Made by a program: the position numbers and the translations under genes
Shown here: positions 40,138-51,041 of the stretch, in pieces
How the letters are laid out: every line of letters starts with the position of its first letter
How positions within the stretch are numbered: the first letter of the stretch is position 1
Source of the DNA: an uncultured Acidobacteriota bacterium
GTDB lineage: Bacteria; Acidobacteriota; UBA6911
Direction: 5' to 3'
Length of the DNA: 64,000 nt
Assembly (NCBI GenBank): GCA_963827655.1
Contig: CAWHCF010000009.1
Coordinates: 1-64,000 of the forward strand
The notes under the pieces: model-generated
Databases searched by the model: none
The model's input: the letters and a program-made list of their open reading frames with translations, nothing else
What the model was told of the DNA's origin: nothing

Positions 40138-40644
40138 ATGAAAACTGAAGAACTGCGCGCGTTGCAGGCGCCTCTTAAAGAAAGGTATCGCCAGGATCCT
40201 CAAGCCGCGTATATTACTCTTAAAGCCGAGGGCCGCCTGGGTGAACAGATTACCTGCAAAGTTGATACGGGACGAGCTTTGGTCGAAGCAGGACTCCATC
40301 CGGCCACAGGAGGCGATGGACTCAGCGCCTGTTCGGGGGACATGCTGCTCGAAGCGTTAGTGGCCTGTGCCGGAGTGACGCTGAGCGCGGTCGCTACGGC
40401 CATCGGTGTTGGAATCCGGGGCGGTGTGATTCGGGCGGAAGGTGATCTTGATTTCCGCGGCACAATGGGTGTTGCTAAAGAGACTCCTGTGGGATTTCAG
40501 CGCATCCGGCTTGGATTCGACCTGGACACCGACGGAACCGAGGAGCAGTTGGTGACGCTGATCCGTTTGACTGAACGCTATTGTGTGGTTTATCAGACGC
40601 TGCGCCGGCCTCCGGAGATCGAAGTCTCGCGCGGCGTACACTGA
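40138..40644 (+). CDS. OsmC-family protein
   Basis: GLHPATGG..CSGDMLLEALVACAG, LTERYCVV. Confidence 0.88.
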   Translation: MKTEELRALQAPLKERYRQDPQAAYITLKAEGRLGEQITCKVDTGRALVEAGLHPATGGDGLSACSGDMLLEALVACAGVTLSAVATAIGVGIRGGVIRAEGDLDFRGTMGVAKETPVGFQRIRLGFDLDTDGTEEQLVTLIRLTERYCVVYQTLRRPPEIEVSRGVH

Positions 40645-40704
40645 GGCGGAAACGAGGCTCGGACGGCGATTCTGGCAGTGCCAGTCGAGCGGAAGAGTGA
40701 AACG

Positions 40705-41979
40705 ATGGGACACTTGAGAAGACGAGAGTTATTGAAATCCACGCCCCTTGCGGCCGGCGTGCTTGCGGCCGCTCTCCCTTCCCTTTCTGCGGAAAAAGAC
40801 GTGGATTGGAACCTGGTGCGCGCCGATTTCCCGTGGCTCAAGCGCCGGCTCTGGCTCACCGCAGCGGACTATCACCCGCTAAGCATCCATTCGCTGTCCG
40901 CCATGGAACGGCACCTCCGATACAGGACCCACGGTGAGGGCGAGGGGAATTCCCCGTTCGCTGGCGAAGAACTCGAGACCAAGCGGTTGTTCGCCGAGCT
41001 GATCAACGCCAAGGCGAGCGAAATCGCATTTGTGCAAAGCACAACAGACGGGGAAAATATCGTGATCGCAGGAATGCGCCTGGGCGAGACCAAAGGGAAC
41101 GTCGTGATCGACGATCTGCACTACCAGGCGTCGAAGTTTATGTACCGCATGCTGGAGAAGGAGGGCCGGATCGAGCTGCGCGTGGTCCGGCACACCGAAA
41201 GAAACGGTTGCTGGGCCGTTCACCCCGAGGAAATGGAACGCGCTATCGACAAGAACACCAAGCTGGTTTCCCTGGCGCTGGTGTCCAACATTAACGGCTA
41301 TCTGCACGAGGTCCGGCGAACCAGTGAAGCGGCTCACCGTCACGGCGCATTTCTGTATGCCGACATTATTCAGGGAGCCGGTTCGACTCCGATTGACGTA
41401 CAGGCGATGGGAATCGACTTTGCAGCTTGCGGCGCCTACAAGTGGCTCATGGGGGACTTTGGTTTCGGGTTCCTGTACGTACGCGAGGATCTGCAGGAGA
41501 GAGTGGTAAAGCGGTCCCGGTGGGGCGTCCGCCAGTACACCAGTCCGAACAACACGCAGGCGGATTCTCAATTCGCGCTCCGTCCGGGCGCTGCGCGGTA
41601 CGAGACGGGCAGTTTCTCTTACATCGGCGGAACCTGCGCGCACGCTGCCCTGCGATACATTCGCGAGCTGGGCGTTGCCAATATTCGGGCACACGCGAAG
41701 CAACTCACCGAACGGCTACAGAAAGAACTGCCTCGGCTGGGTTACTCTCAGCTCACGCCGCCGGATAACGAGACGCCGATCGTGAGCTTTCGCGTGCCCG
41801 ATTACCAGAAAACTGCGGCCAAGCTAAAGAAAGCCTTCGCTGCGACGGTGATTGCATTGCGGAGGTGGGAGTTTACCGAGCCGACCGGCGAAGTGCGGAT
41901 CGTGCCGGGGATGAGAATTTCACCTTCGGTCTACAACAATCAGGCGGATATAGAGAGGTTGCTCGAGGCACTGGCTTGA
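40705..41979 (+). CDS. Class V PLP aminotransferase-fold enzyme with Tat-like signal
   Basis: LRRRELL signal, STTDG, DIIQGAG, GAYKWLMG, RISPSVYN. Confidence 0.85.
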   Translation: MGHLRRRELLKSTPLAAGVLAAALPSLSAEKDVDWNLVRADFPWLKRRLWLTAADYHPLSIHSLSAMERHLRYRTHGEGEGNSPFAGEELETKRLFAELINAKASEIAFVQSTTDGENIVIAGMRLGETKGNVVIDDLHYQASKFMYRMLEKEGRIELRVVRHTERNGCWAVHPEEMERAIDKNTKLVSLALVSNINGYLHEVRRTSEAAHRHGAFLYADIIQGAGSTPIDVQAMGIDFAACGAYKWLMGDFGFGFLYVREDLQERVVKRSRWGVRQYTSPNNTQADSQFALRPGAARYETGSFSYIGGTCAHAALRYIRELGVANIRAHAKQLTERLQKELPRLGYSQLTPPDNETPIVSFRVPDYQKTAAKLKKAFAATVIALRRWEFTEPTGEVRIVPGMRISPSVYNNQADIERLLEALA

Positions 41980-42097
41980 CCTTCACCCTGTTGCCCACGT
42001 CCGGCGCGCAGGCTAAAGCCATTGACCAGAATTCACCGCCCTCGCTTTATCTCGTTCTGGAGTGTCCGGGAAGAACAGTTGACAGTGCGGGAATCTA

Positions 42098-42343
42098 ATG
42101 AAACCTCGTAATCTATTCCGTTTCGTAGTGGGCGGCCGCCAGGAGACTTGTGAGGCATGCCAGCAGCCTTTTCCCTGCGGTTCGCTGCTTCAAGGGTGCT
42201 GGTGCCTGCAAATGAAGTTGTCTGCAGAGACGCGCCAGCGATTGCGAACCAAGTACCATCACTGCTTGTGCCGCGCTTGTCTGGAGAAAGCCGAGGCAGA
42301 GCGTGAAGGAATGGAGGAGTCTGGGCGGGCGCCGACCCTGTGA
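42098..42343 (+). CDS. Cys-rich CWC-family protein
   Basis: CEACQQPFPCG..GCWC..CLCRACL. Confidence 0.8.
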   Translation: MKPRNLFRFVVGGRQETCEACQQPFPCGSLLQGCWCLQMKLSAETRQRLRTKYHHCLCRACLEKAEAEREGMEESGRAPTL

Positions 42344-42413
42344 ACAGCCGTAGCTTCTCGATCGGGGCCTCGACAGCTTGCGACAGGAGCGGTCTTGCCA
42401 TCGCACGCGTATT

Positions 42414-42782
42414 TCAGATCGTCGGGTTGGCCTTCGGAAGGCCGGCGAGCTCGAGTACCGGCCGGATTTCGATAGTGCCCATGCGCGCGACTGGAATCCG
42501 AGCTGCTATGCCGATAGCCTCGTCGAGATCCCTCGCGGTGATCAAGAAGTAGCCGCCCAGCTGCTCGCGCGTCTCGGCGAACGGGCCATCGGTCACCAGA
42601 GCTTTGCCGTCGCGTACCTGGACGCTGGTCGCGGTCGAAGTAGGGTGCAACGGCGAGGCGGCCAGATAGTGCCCGCTCGAGGTGAGTTCCTGGGCCAGCC
42701 CCGCGGATTCAACGTAACAGTGTTCCCGCTCGGTCTCGCTCAGGGCCTGTTCGTCTAGGTAGACCAGCAACATGTATCTCAT
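42414..42782 (-). CDS. YciI-family protein
   Basis: MRYMLLVY..TDGPFAETREQLGGYFLI..IEIRP. Confidence 0.9.
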   Translation of the reverse strand: MRYMLLVYLDEQALSETEREHCYVESAGLAQELTSSGHYLAASPLHPTSTATSVQVRDGKALVTDGPFAETREQLGGYFLITARDLDEAIGIAARIPVARMGTIEIRPVLELAGLPKANPTI

Positions 42783-42999
42783 CGGTTTGCCTCCACACAA
42801 TAAGTCGAACGGAGAATGCCCGGATCGACACTCCGACGGAAATCTTTTATCATAGGAACATGCTCCCGGACGCCAACGCGGCTGTGGATGCGGTCTATCG
42901 CTCGCGTAGTCGAACGAAAGATTCTTCCCAGTGTAAAACTTATTCTTGCCGAATAAGCGAGTTTCGTGGCCACGACCGGTGGCCGTAAAGGAAGTTACG

Positions 43000-44368
43000 A
43001 TGAACGGACGGACTATCTTCCTGCTGGTTATGATTGCCTTTGCCGCAGCTGGGCAGTGGCGCGCCGATGCCGACAACAACACGTCGCACTCGGACGGCTG
43101 GCTCGCCGCTGCGCCGCGCGATGAGATTCGCCCGCAGTTCGATTACCTGCGCACGGGCGGACCGGATGGCAAAGGCTGTCTGGTTATCGCGGCGGATGAT
43201 CGCGAAGGGATGCACGGATACTGGAAGAAATCCTTCGCCGTGACAGGCGGCAGGCCCTACCGCTTCTTCGCGCTTCGCAAAGTCAAGAACGTCGCTTCGC
43301 CGCGCCGCAGTGTCGTGGCGCGCGTCGTCTGGCAGGGTGATGGCGGTAAACCGGTGCAGCGCGACCAGCCCGTTGTCAGCGGCTACCTGCCGGGCTTCCC
43401 GCCGACCGCCGAGCCTGAATACCCGACGGACAAGACGACGGCCGCGGACGGATGGCTGGAAGTCTCCGACACTTACATCGCGCCGAAGCAGGCCACTCGT
43501 GCTGTCGTCGAACTGCATCTGCAATGGGCGCCCCGAGGCAGGGTCGAATGGAGCAGAGTTTCATTTACCGAAACCGAACCGATGGCGCCGCGGAAAGTGC
43601 GGCTCGCCGCAGTACATTTCCGCCCGCAGCGAGACGCGGTTGGTGAGCGCACGCCCATGGGCAACTGCCGACTGTTTGAGCCATTCATCGCCGAAGGCTG
43701 GGCGGCAGGGCGCCGATCTCGTCGTGCTGCCCGAAACGCTGACTTACTACGGGCTGGGCACGAGTTACGTGGACGCGGCTCAGCCGATTCCCGGCCCGGC
43801 TACGGACTACTTCGGCGCGCTGGCGAAACAGCACAACTTGTACATCGTCGCCGGCCTGCTCGAACGCGACCGGCACCTGGTCTATAACGTCGCCGTGCTG
43901 CTCGGTCCTGACGGAAAGATCGCGGGCAAGTACCGCAAAGTCACGCTGCCGCGCGGCGAGATCGAGGGCGGACTTGCGCCGGGCAGCGAGTACCCGGTTT
44001 TCGAGACGCGGTTCGGCAAGCTGGGGATGATGATCTGCTACGACGGCTTCTTCCCGGAGATCGCGCGGCAGTTGACGGCCAACGGCGCGGAAATAATCGC
44101 ATGGCCGGTCTGGGGCTGCAACCCGCTGCTGGCTCAGGCCCGAGCCGTCGAGAACCATGTCTACCTGGTCAGCAGCACTTACGAAGACATCTCGCGCAAC
44201 TGGATGCTCACCGCGGTCTACGACCATTCGGGTCGCGCGCTGGCCCACGCCGAGAAGTGGGGCACGGTCGTAATCAGCGAAGTCGATTTGAATGAGCGGC
44301 TGCACTGGGCGAGTCTGGGCGACTTCAAGGCGGAAATTCCGCGCCATCGTCCGGCGGATCCGAAGTGA
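43000..44368 (+). CDS. Secreted carbon-nitrogen hydrolase (nitrilase family) with extra N-terminal beta domain; frameshift ~43700
   Basis: Signal peptide; triad motifs VVLPET, YRKV, MICYD; ARAVEN. Confidence 0.85.
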
Positions 44369-44426
44369 TGTCTCGGGTATGCCAGTACCGACAAGGCGTG
44401 CCCAGGATCACGGTTCGAACCCGGTT

Positions 44427-45338
44427 TCAAAAAAGCCCCAGGCTGCGCAGCCATTTGACGCAAAGCTGCGTCCAGCTCGATGGGAGCTTCTCGTTTTGGC
44501 GCACGCCGAAGTCGTGGTCGCCGGTCGCATAGATGTGCAGCTCGGCCGGGATGCCGGCGCGCTTCAAGGCCAGGTACATGAACACGCTGTTCTCGGCGTT
44601 GGAGCCCCCATGGCTCTCCCTGTCGTCGGAGGCATGGGTCAGCAGGATCGGGGGCGTATCGGCTGGAATGCGCAGACCGGGCCAGATTTCATCCTTGTCC
44701 CTGGCCTTCAGATATCCCGGATAACACACGACCGCGAAATCCGGCCGGCAGCTGACGTCGTCCACGGCGTCGATCCGTTCATAGGTGCGCTTCTCGAAAC
44801 TGGTGGCGGTTGCCACAGCTAGATGGCCGCCCGCCGAGAAACCGACAACTCCGATCCGCTTCGGGTCGATTCCCCATTCCGCGGCCTTGCTGCGGACCAG
44901 GCTCACAGCCCTTTGGGAATCGAGCAGCGGGCCCGACGCGGGCTCGCCTCGGACATCCCCGGGGCGACGCGGCACGCGATACTTGAGAATTATTCCGGTC
45001 ATGCCCAGGGAGTTCAGCCAGGCCGCCACTTCCTCCCCTTCGAGTTCCCAGTAAAGGTCCCAGTAGCCGCCTCCCGGATATATCAGCATCGCCGTTCCTG
45101 TGTTTTTATCCTTGGCCGGCTGATAGATCGTGAGGGTCGGCTTGCTGACATTGGTAATCAGCTTGGTTGGCCCGACGATTGGCGATGGATGAATGCGGCT
45201 GTATTCCTGCCCCGTGATGCCGACGTCTCCGGGAGTTTTCCCCGGCCAGACGTCCAGAACCAGTGGGTCGGCCGCGAATGCGGAAGAGGACACTAAAACC
45301 CAGACAATCGGCAAGATGGCGGAAGAGATTCGGTTCAT
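44427..45338 (-). CDS. Secreted alpha/beta hydrolase (esterase)
   Basis: YPGGGY, GFSAGG, RPDFAV..YP, LHIY..GDHDFG. Confidence 0.88.
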   Translation of the reverse strand: MNRISSAILPIVWVLVSSSAFAADPLVLDVWPGKTPGDVGITGQEYSRIHPSPIVGPTKLITNVSKPTLTIYQPAKDKNTGTAMLIYPGGGYWDLYWELEGEEVAAWLNSLGMTGIILKYRVPRRPGDVRGEPASGPLLDSQRAVSLVRSKAAEWGIDPKRIGVVGFSAGGHLAVATATSFEKRTYERIDAVDDVSCRPDFAVVCYPGYLKARDKDEIWPGLRIPADTPPILLTHASDDRESHGGSNAENSVFMYLALKRAGIPAELHIYATGDHDFGVRQNEKLPSSWTQLCVKWLRSLGLF

Positions 45339-45552
45339 TCGGTGCTGCTTGCTTTCGAAACAAATACCACTAGGACACGAAGACACTAAGGTTCGTTCGG
45401 GACTTCGCCCCGAACGAAGGCCCCTAATGAACGACAACATGTTTGTTCGAACGTTTCACCAAGCGCCTAAGAAACACTAAGACACATTAATGGCCGGCGA
45501 TACGTTACCGCATCTATGAAACCAGGTACTAAGGGTTTTTCCTTGCTGCTGT

Positions 45553-46323
45553 TCACTTCACGGCCTTCTCTGCGGGCTCGGGACACGAATTCCGGTCCAC
45601 AAAGAGTGTGCCTTCAAACCGGCTCAACACGGACGCCGGCAGCTCTGTCGTTGGCGTTGGCATTGCGAGCAGCCGGGTCAGTATGTCCCGCTTTAGAGCG
45701 AGGGGCACCATCGTGAATATGTGCGGGGCTGAGAGCATGGCCGGCAATGTCATGGTGATGCCTTTATTCGGGATGGCGCCATAATCTCTGAAGTTGGGGT
45801 CCTCCGAGAGTTGACGCTTGGACTGTTCAGCGATATCCACCACTCGGACCCAGGCAGGGTCCTTGAAGTCTGCTTGAAAAGGCTCGTTCAAGGCTAAATG
45901 ACCGGAGGTCCCGATTCCCTGGCAGAGAATATCCATGGGACCGGCCGCGCGCATCAGCGATTCGAAACGCCGTGCTTCGGCATAAGGATCTGGGGCATTG
46001 AACCGCACCAGGTTGAAACTCTTGGGATGAACTTTGTCATAGAGCTGGGTACGGGTCTGGTAACCGCACGTGAACCGTTCCGGAATGTTTGCATCCCAGA
46101 AATCGTCCATATTGAAACAAACCACGCGATTCCACTCGATTCGAGGTTCTTGGACCAGGGCATTCAGGAATGTGATCTGGCTTTCTCCGGCAGCGAAGAT
46201 CATGCGGATATCTTCTTGCCGTTTCAGGAGACTTCGCATCTTGTCGGCCACAGCCGCGGCCGACTTCTTTCCCAGATCGTTCTCGTCCTCACAGACGACA
46301 ATCTTTGTTCTTCCGTAGTGCAT
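45553..46323 (-). CDS. Glucosamine-6-phosphate deaminase/6-phosphogluconolactonase-family protein
   Basis: FAAGESQ, FNMDD, GIGTSGHLALNEP, LPASVL. Confidence 0.8.
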   Translation of the reverse strand: MHYGRTKIVVCEDENDLGKKSAAAVADKMRSLLKRQEDIRMIFAAGESQITFLNALVQEPRIEWNRVVCFNMDDFWDANIPERFTCGYQTRTQLYDKVHPKSFNLVRFNAPDPYAEARRFESLMRAAGPMDILCQGIGTSGHLALNEPFQADFKDPAWVRVVDIAEQSKRQLSEDPNFRDYGAIPNKGITMTLPAMLSAPHIFTMVPLALKRDILTRLLAMPTPTTELPASVLSRFEGTLFVDRNSCPEPAEKAVK

Positions 46324-46391
46324 TGTGGGCCACTGAATAACCCGAGCATCCTATCATCGGTGGACGCGCGTCGGGACGAGCGGGCGACGGG

Positions 46392-47752
46392 TTAGACAGC
46401 GGCTTTCGCAAGCGCGGCGCTGTGCTTCTGAATCTTCCGAATTGCTTCTACGATGTGGTCGATGTCGCGGCGGTCGGCCAGCAGCAGATTCTGCGTCATC
46501 CCTACTGTCGTCTCGCAGACCTGCCGGTTGCCTTTCAGTTCCTGGAAACTATCGCGATAGGCTTTGAGCCTTTGGGCGCTGAACAGGCGCTTGAATCCGC
46601 GCGAATTGATCGCCTCGTCGAGCAGGCCGTCGAAATATTGCTCGTGATAAACGCTGCTGGAAGGAATCCCTTCGGCGCCGAGCGCTCGGATGAACTTGTC
46701 GCGCGGCAGTCCGTTGAATTGTTGTGCGTCGTATCGCAACGGGTAGAGATGCCAGACCGCCCGGCTGTTTTCCGGCAAACGCGCGGGCTGAATGCCCGGA
46801 ATCTCTTTCAACTGGGAGGTCAGATATTCCGCGTTCTCGCACCGGCGCGCCGTTTCCTGCAACAAGCTTGTCGAACTGCTGCAAGAGGATCATGGCCTGG
46901 AACTGCTGCATGCGGTAGTTGCTGCCGCGGGTGAAATACGGGCGTTTGCCCTTGAAGCTTCCGGTGGCGCGTCCGACATTGTGGAAGGAGTGGCATCGGT
47001 CCAGGAGTTCATCGCTGTTGCCCGTTACCGCGCCGCCTTCGCCTGATGGCAGATGCTTGGAATTCTGGAAGCTGAAACAAGCGAGGTCGCCGAGTGTGCC
47101 ACACTTGCGGCCTTTGTATTCGGCCAGCCAAGCCTGGCAGGCATCCTCGATCACGGCGAGCTTGTGTTTGCGGGCAATCGCGTTGATTGGGTCCATGTCG
47201 CAAGGCATGCCGTAGATGTGTACCGGCAGGATAGCGCGGGTTCGTTCGGTGATCCGGCTTTCGATCGAAGCCGGGTCCATGGTAAGGGTGGCCGGGATCA
47301 GTATCTGCGAATACCGGCAGAGCTTTGTTAATCAGGATCGCGTTGTAGGTCGCGATGAACGTGTAGGGTGACACAATCACTTCGTCGCCGGCATCCACGT
47401 CCATAACCTGGAGGGCGACCAGCAACGCCGTCGTGCCGCTGGCCGTGGCCAGGCAGCGCTTGGCGCCGAGTAGTTTCGCGTAGGCCGTCTCGAATTCTGC
47501 CACGTGCCCCCCGTCGCCGCGGTACCATTGTCCGCTGCGCAAGACCTTGACGATCGCCGGTTCCCAGGATTGCTGCCATACCGGCCACTTGGGCCAGCCT
47601 CCCTGATGCACGGGAGCGCCGCCGAGCAGGGCCGGTTTTGCGGCATCGACGCCCATCGCCATAGGTGCCTTGCGAGCGCTCAGCCAGGTCAAGGCGGCAG
47701 AACCCGCCGTTGCATGCCGTATGAATCTACGCCTTGTGAGAGAGTCTTTCAT
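46392..47752 (-). CDS. DegT/DnrJ/EryC1/StrS aminotransferase with Tat signal; frameshifts ~47290 and ~46860
   Basis: LTRRRFI signal, SGTTAL, PYTFIAT, IEDACQA, FSFQNSKHL..GEGG. Confidence 0.88.
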
Positions 47753-47853
47753 GGGTGTACATCCCTCAGTTTTAAATTGAGCTGTCTTGGCTCTTGATGT
47801 CGATCTTACACGATGTATCCAGTCGACATCACGTCGAAAAACACTTTACAGGT

Positions 47854-49251
47854 TTACGCGATTCGAACCGGCACTCGGTGGATCGAGTTATTCCCGTAAC
47901 CGAGCTGATTCCACTCAGCCTCTTCGGGTTGTGCGCGGCCGGCCAGGTCCGTGGCACGGGCGCGCAAGACAATCTCACCGGGCTGCTGAATCCGGGTGAG
48001 CAGCTCCCACCACTGCCAGCTGTGTCGCTTCCGCTCGCTGACAAGACGCGCGTCCTGCCAGGCGCCACCTCCCACACTTACTTCGACGCGGGCGATCGGC
48101 GCGGCGCCTGACCAGGCGACACCACGGATGGTCAGCTCACCACGTGGCGCCACTTGTTGGGGGCTCGGGTCGGTAATCAGCGCGCGTACCTGCTGGAGCG
48201 TGACCGGCTCGCGGATTACTTGCCCGTCTCGTTTCCATTCGTACCAGTATTTTTCGGTCTGATAGTGGCCGGCAAACGGGCGATCGATGAGCTCGATTTC
48301 GGTGAGCCACTTGACCGACGCCACCGCGTACCAGCCTGGCACAATGAGACGCAGCGGATATCCATGCTGAATCGGCAGGGGTTCGCCGTTCATTGCATGC
48401 GCCAGCAGAGCATCAGCATCGCGAGCCTGATCGATCGGAAGGCTGCGCTCGAAATGGATTGGATCCGTGTGTCCCGCAACGGCGCCACCATCCGCGCCGC
48501 GGAACAGGACCTCTCGAGCGCTGGCGTGGATGCCGGCGCGATCGAGCACTTCCATCAGCGGTACGCCGATCCACTCCGCCGTGCTGACGGCGCCCAGGCT
48601 CCACTTCTCGCCCTCGATTGGCGGATTGAACAAAGTGCGGCCGTTGCCAGCGCATTCGAGCGTGACGACCAGTGTCTTCGACGGCATCTGACGAAGGTCG
48701 CGCACGCTGAGACTGAGCGGGCGCTCCACCAGGCCGCCAACCGCCAAACGAAAGGTCGATGGATCAAGATCGGGAATTTGAAAGTGATTGCGGACGTAGA
48801 AATGTGCGCTCGGCATGACGACCCCGCCGACGAGCGCCGGGATGGAGGTTTCACAATTTAGCGGATAGGCACGGTGCACGACCAGCCCGGCTTCGATTGC
48901 GTCCTGGCATGCTTCTTCCGGATCGACGGCCGGAACAGCTTCGCTGAGCGGCAGCGCCGCCCCGCAGCCGCCGCTGGCTACGACGCGGGTGCACGTCGAG
49001 GCGGGGTAGATGTCGAGGCTGCCGGCCATCTGGAAGGGCTGTAAGAACTCACGCAGCCTCTCCTCTTCGCCCGCTTCGACGATGAAGTACAAGGTGTGCT
49101 CGCCCTGGACGACCGCTTCACCTTGAATCTCGATACCGTACTGGCGGACGTTCGGGCGGCTCAGATAATTCAACAGCCAGGCTCCCGCATAGGGATCATG
49201 GGCAGGGCAATGTTCTGCCGCATGCTGATGCCTGACAACGAAGAGTGCCAT
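47854..49251 (-). CDS. Sulfite-oxidase-family molybdoenzyme with extra N-terminal domain
   Basis: FYVRNH, LECAGNGR, HGYPLRLIVPGWYAVASVKWL, GVAWSG, WN..GYGNN; ~120 aa N-terminal extension. Confidence 0.9.
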   Translation of the reverse strand: MALFVVRHQHAAEHCPAHDPYAGAWLLNYLSRPNVRQYGIEIQGEAVVQGEHTLYFIVEAGEEERLREFLQPFQMAGSLDIYPASTCTRVVASGGCGAALPLSEAVPAVDPEEACQDAIEAGLVVHRAYPLNCETSIPALVGGVVMPSAHFYVRNHFQIPDLDPSTFRLAVGGLVERPLSLSVRDLRQMPSKTLVVTLECAGNGRTLFNPPIEGEKWSLGAVSTAEWIGVPLMEVLDRAGIHASAREVLFRGADGGAVAGHTDPIHFERSLPIDQARDADALLAHAMNGEPLPIQHGYPLRLIVPGWYAVASVKWLTEIELIDRPFAGHYQTEKYWYEWKRDGQVIREPVTLQQVRALITDPSPQQVAPRGELTIRGVAWSGAAPIARVEVSVGGGAWQDARLVSERKRHSWQWWELLTRIQQPGEIVLRARATDLAGRAQPEEAEWNQLGYGNNSIHRVPVRIA

Positions 49252-49474
49252 GGCCGCCTCCGAGGCGATCTTACACTGGATTCGCTTTATGGGGCGTTTT
49301 ATCTCGAGCGCAACGGAAGGCCCTCAGGAGGCCAGCTGAGGTCCAGACGAGCGAGAGTGTATGCCGGCCGACGCGCCTGACAGAAGAGTGCGTCGGCCAG
49401 ACCGGACGGCTGGCGGCCAACGGCCGGAGTATACAACCCTGATCCTGACGGGCGAAGCTAGTTTACTACCGTTA

Positions 49475-50762
49475 TCAGGCGGCGCGTTTTTCCGGCTCCT
49501 CGCTCTTCTGGGCAAAACGCCTGCCCGCGTAGATGGCGCACCATACCATAGCCAGGACGACCGGGATGGTGAGCAGGCCCAGGTATCTTGCGGGAATGGC
49601 AAGCGCGGCAAGGGCCAACAAGACGAAGATTGCGGCCCCCTTGGCCAGGCGCTGGACGAACATGCTAGTGAAGGCCCGGGCTTTGTACTTCTCCTCCGGC
49701 GTGGTGACCGAATAGAGGGATTCGCGAGCTGTTTGCTGCACGGAGTAGTTCAGCCCATTGTCAGAAATGACCATGAAGCTGGCCACAAACAAGGTGGGAA
49801 CGGCAAGGAAGGCGGCTGAACTGGCAATCAAGGCGACGGGAAGAACGAGGAGCGCCGTGATGACGCCGAATTTCCGCATCACAAGACTCACGAGGAACAA
49901 CTGGACGATCACCGCGAGCATGTTCGCGATGAAGTAAACCTGCGCCATGAAGGCCTGGGTGTTGGTCACTCCAGAAATGGTCTCCGAGGCGAGTTTGAAC
50001 TGGTAGTCCATTATCTGTGAAGCGATCTCATAGGAGGCCATGATCCCGACGATGGCTGCCAGGTAGGGAGACCTTGCCACGAGCCGGAAGCCCTCGATCG
50101 CTTCCTGGAAGTCAAACCCCTTGCTTGCGGCCGACCTGCGCCTTCCGGCGTTCGCGCCCCAGGGCGCCGGACTGGACGAGCTTTTCGAGCAGGAATACCA
50201 CCAGCAAAAGAACCGCCATCATCCCCGCGGCCAGAACCAGCAGCCCATCCATCCCGATGGCCTTCAGGAACTCCCTTGCGAAGGTAATGCCGACCCATCC
50301 CCCGATGACGCCGCCGCTTCCCGCTATTCCGAAGAACCTCAGAGCTTGACTCGGTGTCGTGATGTCGGTGGCATAGGCCCAGAACGCCGCCACCAGCAGG
50401 GTGGATTCCAGGTCGCCGAGCAGGTAAAAAATCCAGATCGGTACCGGGCTTGATTCGTCGAGAATCTGGGTGAAGAGCAGGAAACTGAGGAGAAAGAACA
50501 AACAGAGAACGTAAACCAGCTTCCGGTTCATCCGGTCGTACAGATAGGTAAAGGCCACAACCCCGACGGCAGCCACCGCGATGTTCGCCAGCTTGGCGTA
50601 GAGCTCGAGGTCAGCGCCGAGCAATTCGATGAAGAGCCCGTTCTTGAGGGGTTTCAGGATCTGAAAGACTGCAATTACCAGAAAGAAGAAGGAGAAAAGG
50701 AGCACGACGACAGGAATCTCCCTCTTTTCCAGGTCAAAGATTTCTCGAACAGGGTTAGCCAT
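49475..50762 (-). CDS. Npt1/Npt2 (TLC)-like MFS nucleotide transporter homologue; frameshift ~50110
   Basis: LKPLKNGLF, FWAYATDI..QALRFFG, NYSVQQTARESLY..EEKYKARAF. Confidence 0.75.
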
Positions 50763-51041
50763 GATGACCTCCTGGTCCGGAGTTGAGCTCAGCCTCGTTT
50801 GAGGCACACTTCGACTGTATTCCGTCGGCAAGCATTAGGCAAGTCGTATGCCGGATTGGGCGCCATCATTTTGCTTGCTCCTGATAGGATACGGATCGGT
50901 TGCTGAGGCTGAAAGCGCGGCGGCTTCCAGGTATACTTTGGCACGTTTGTCTGAATTGCTCGTAGACGAAAGCGACTGAGGCTATCATTGGGACGTGAAC
51001 GCCGCGACCTGCCACCTCATCGACAACGCCCTCAGGTAAGG

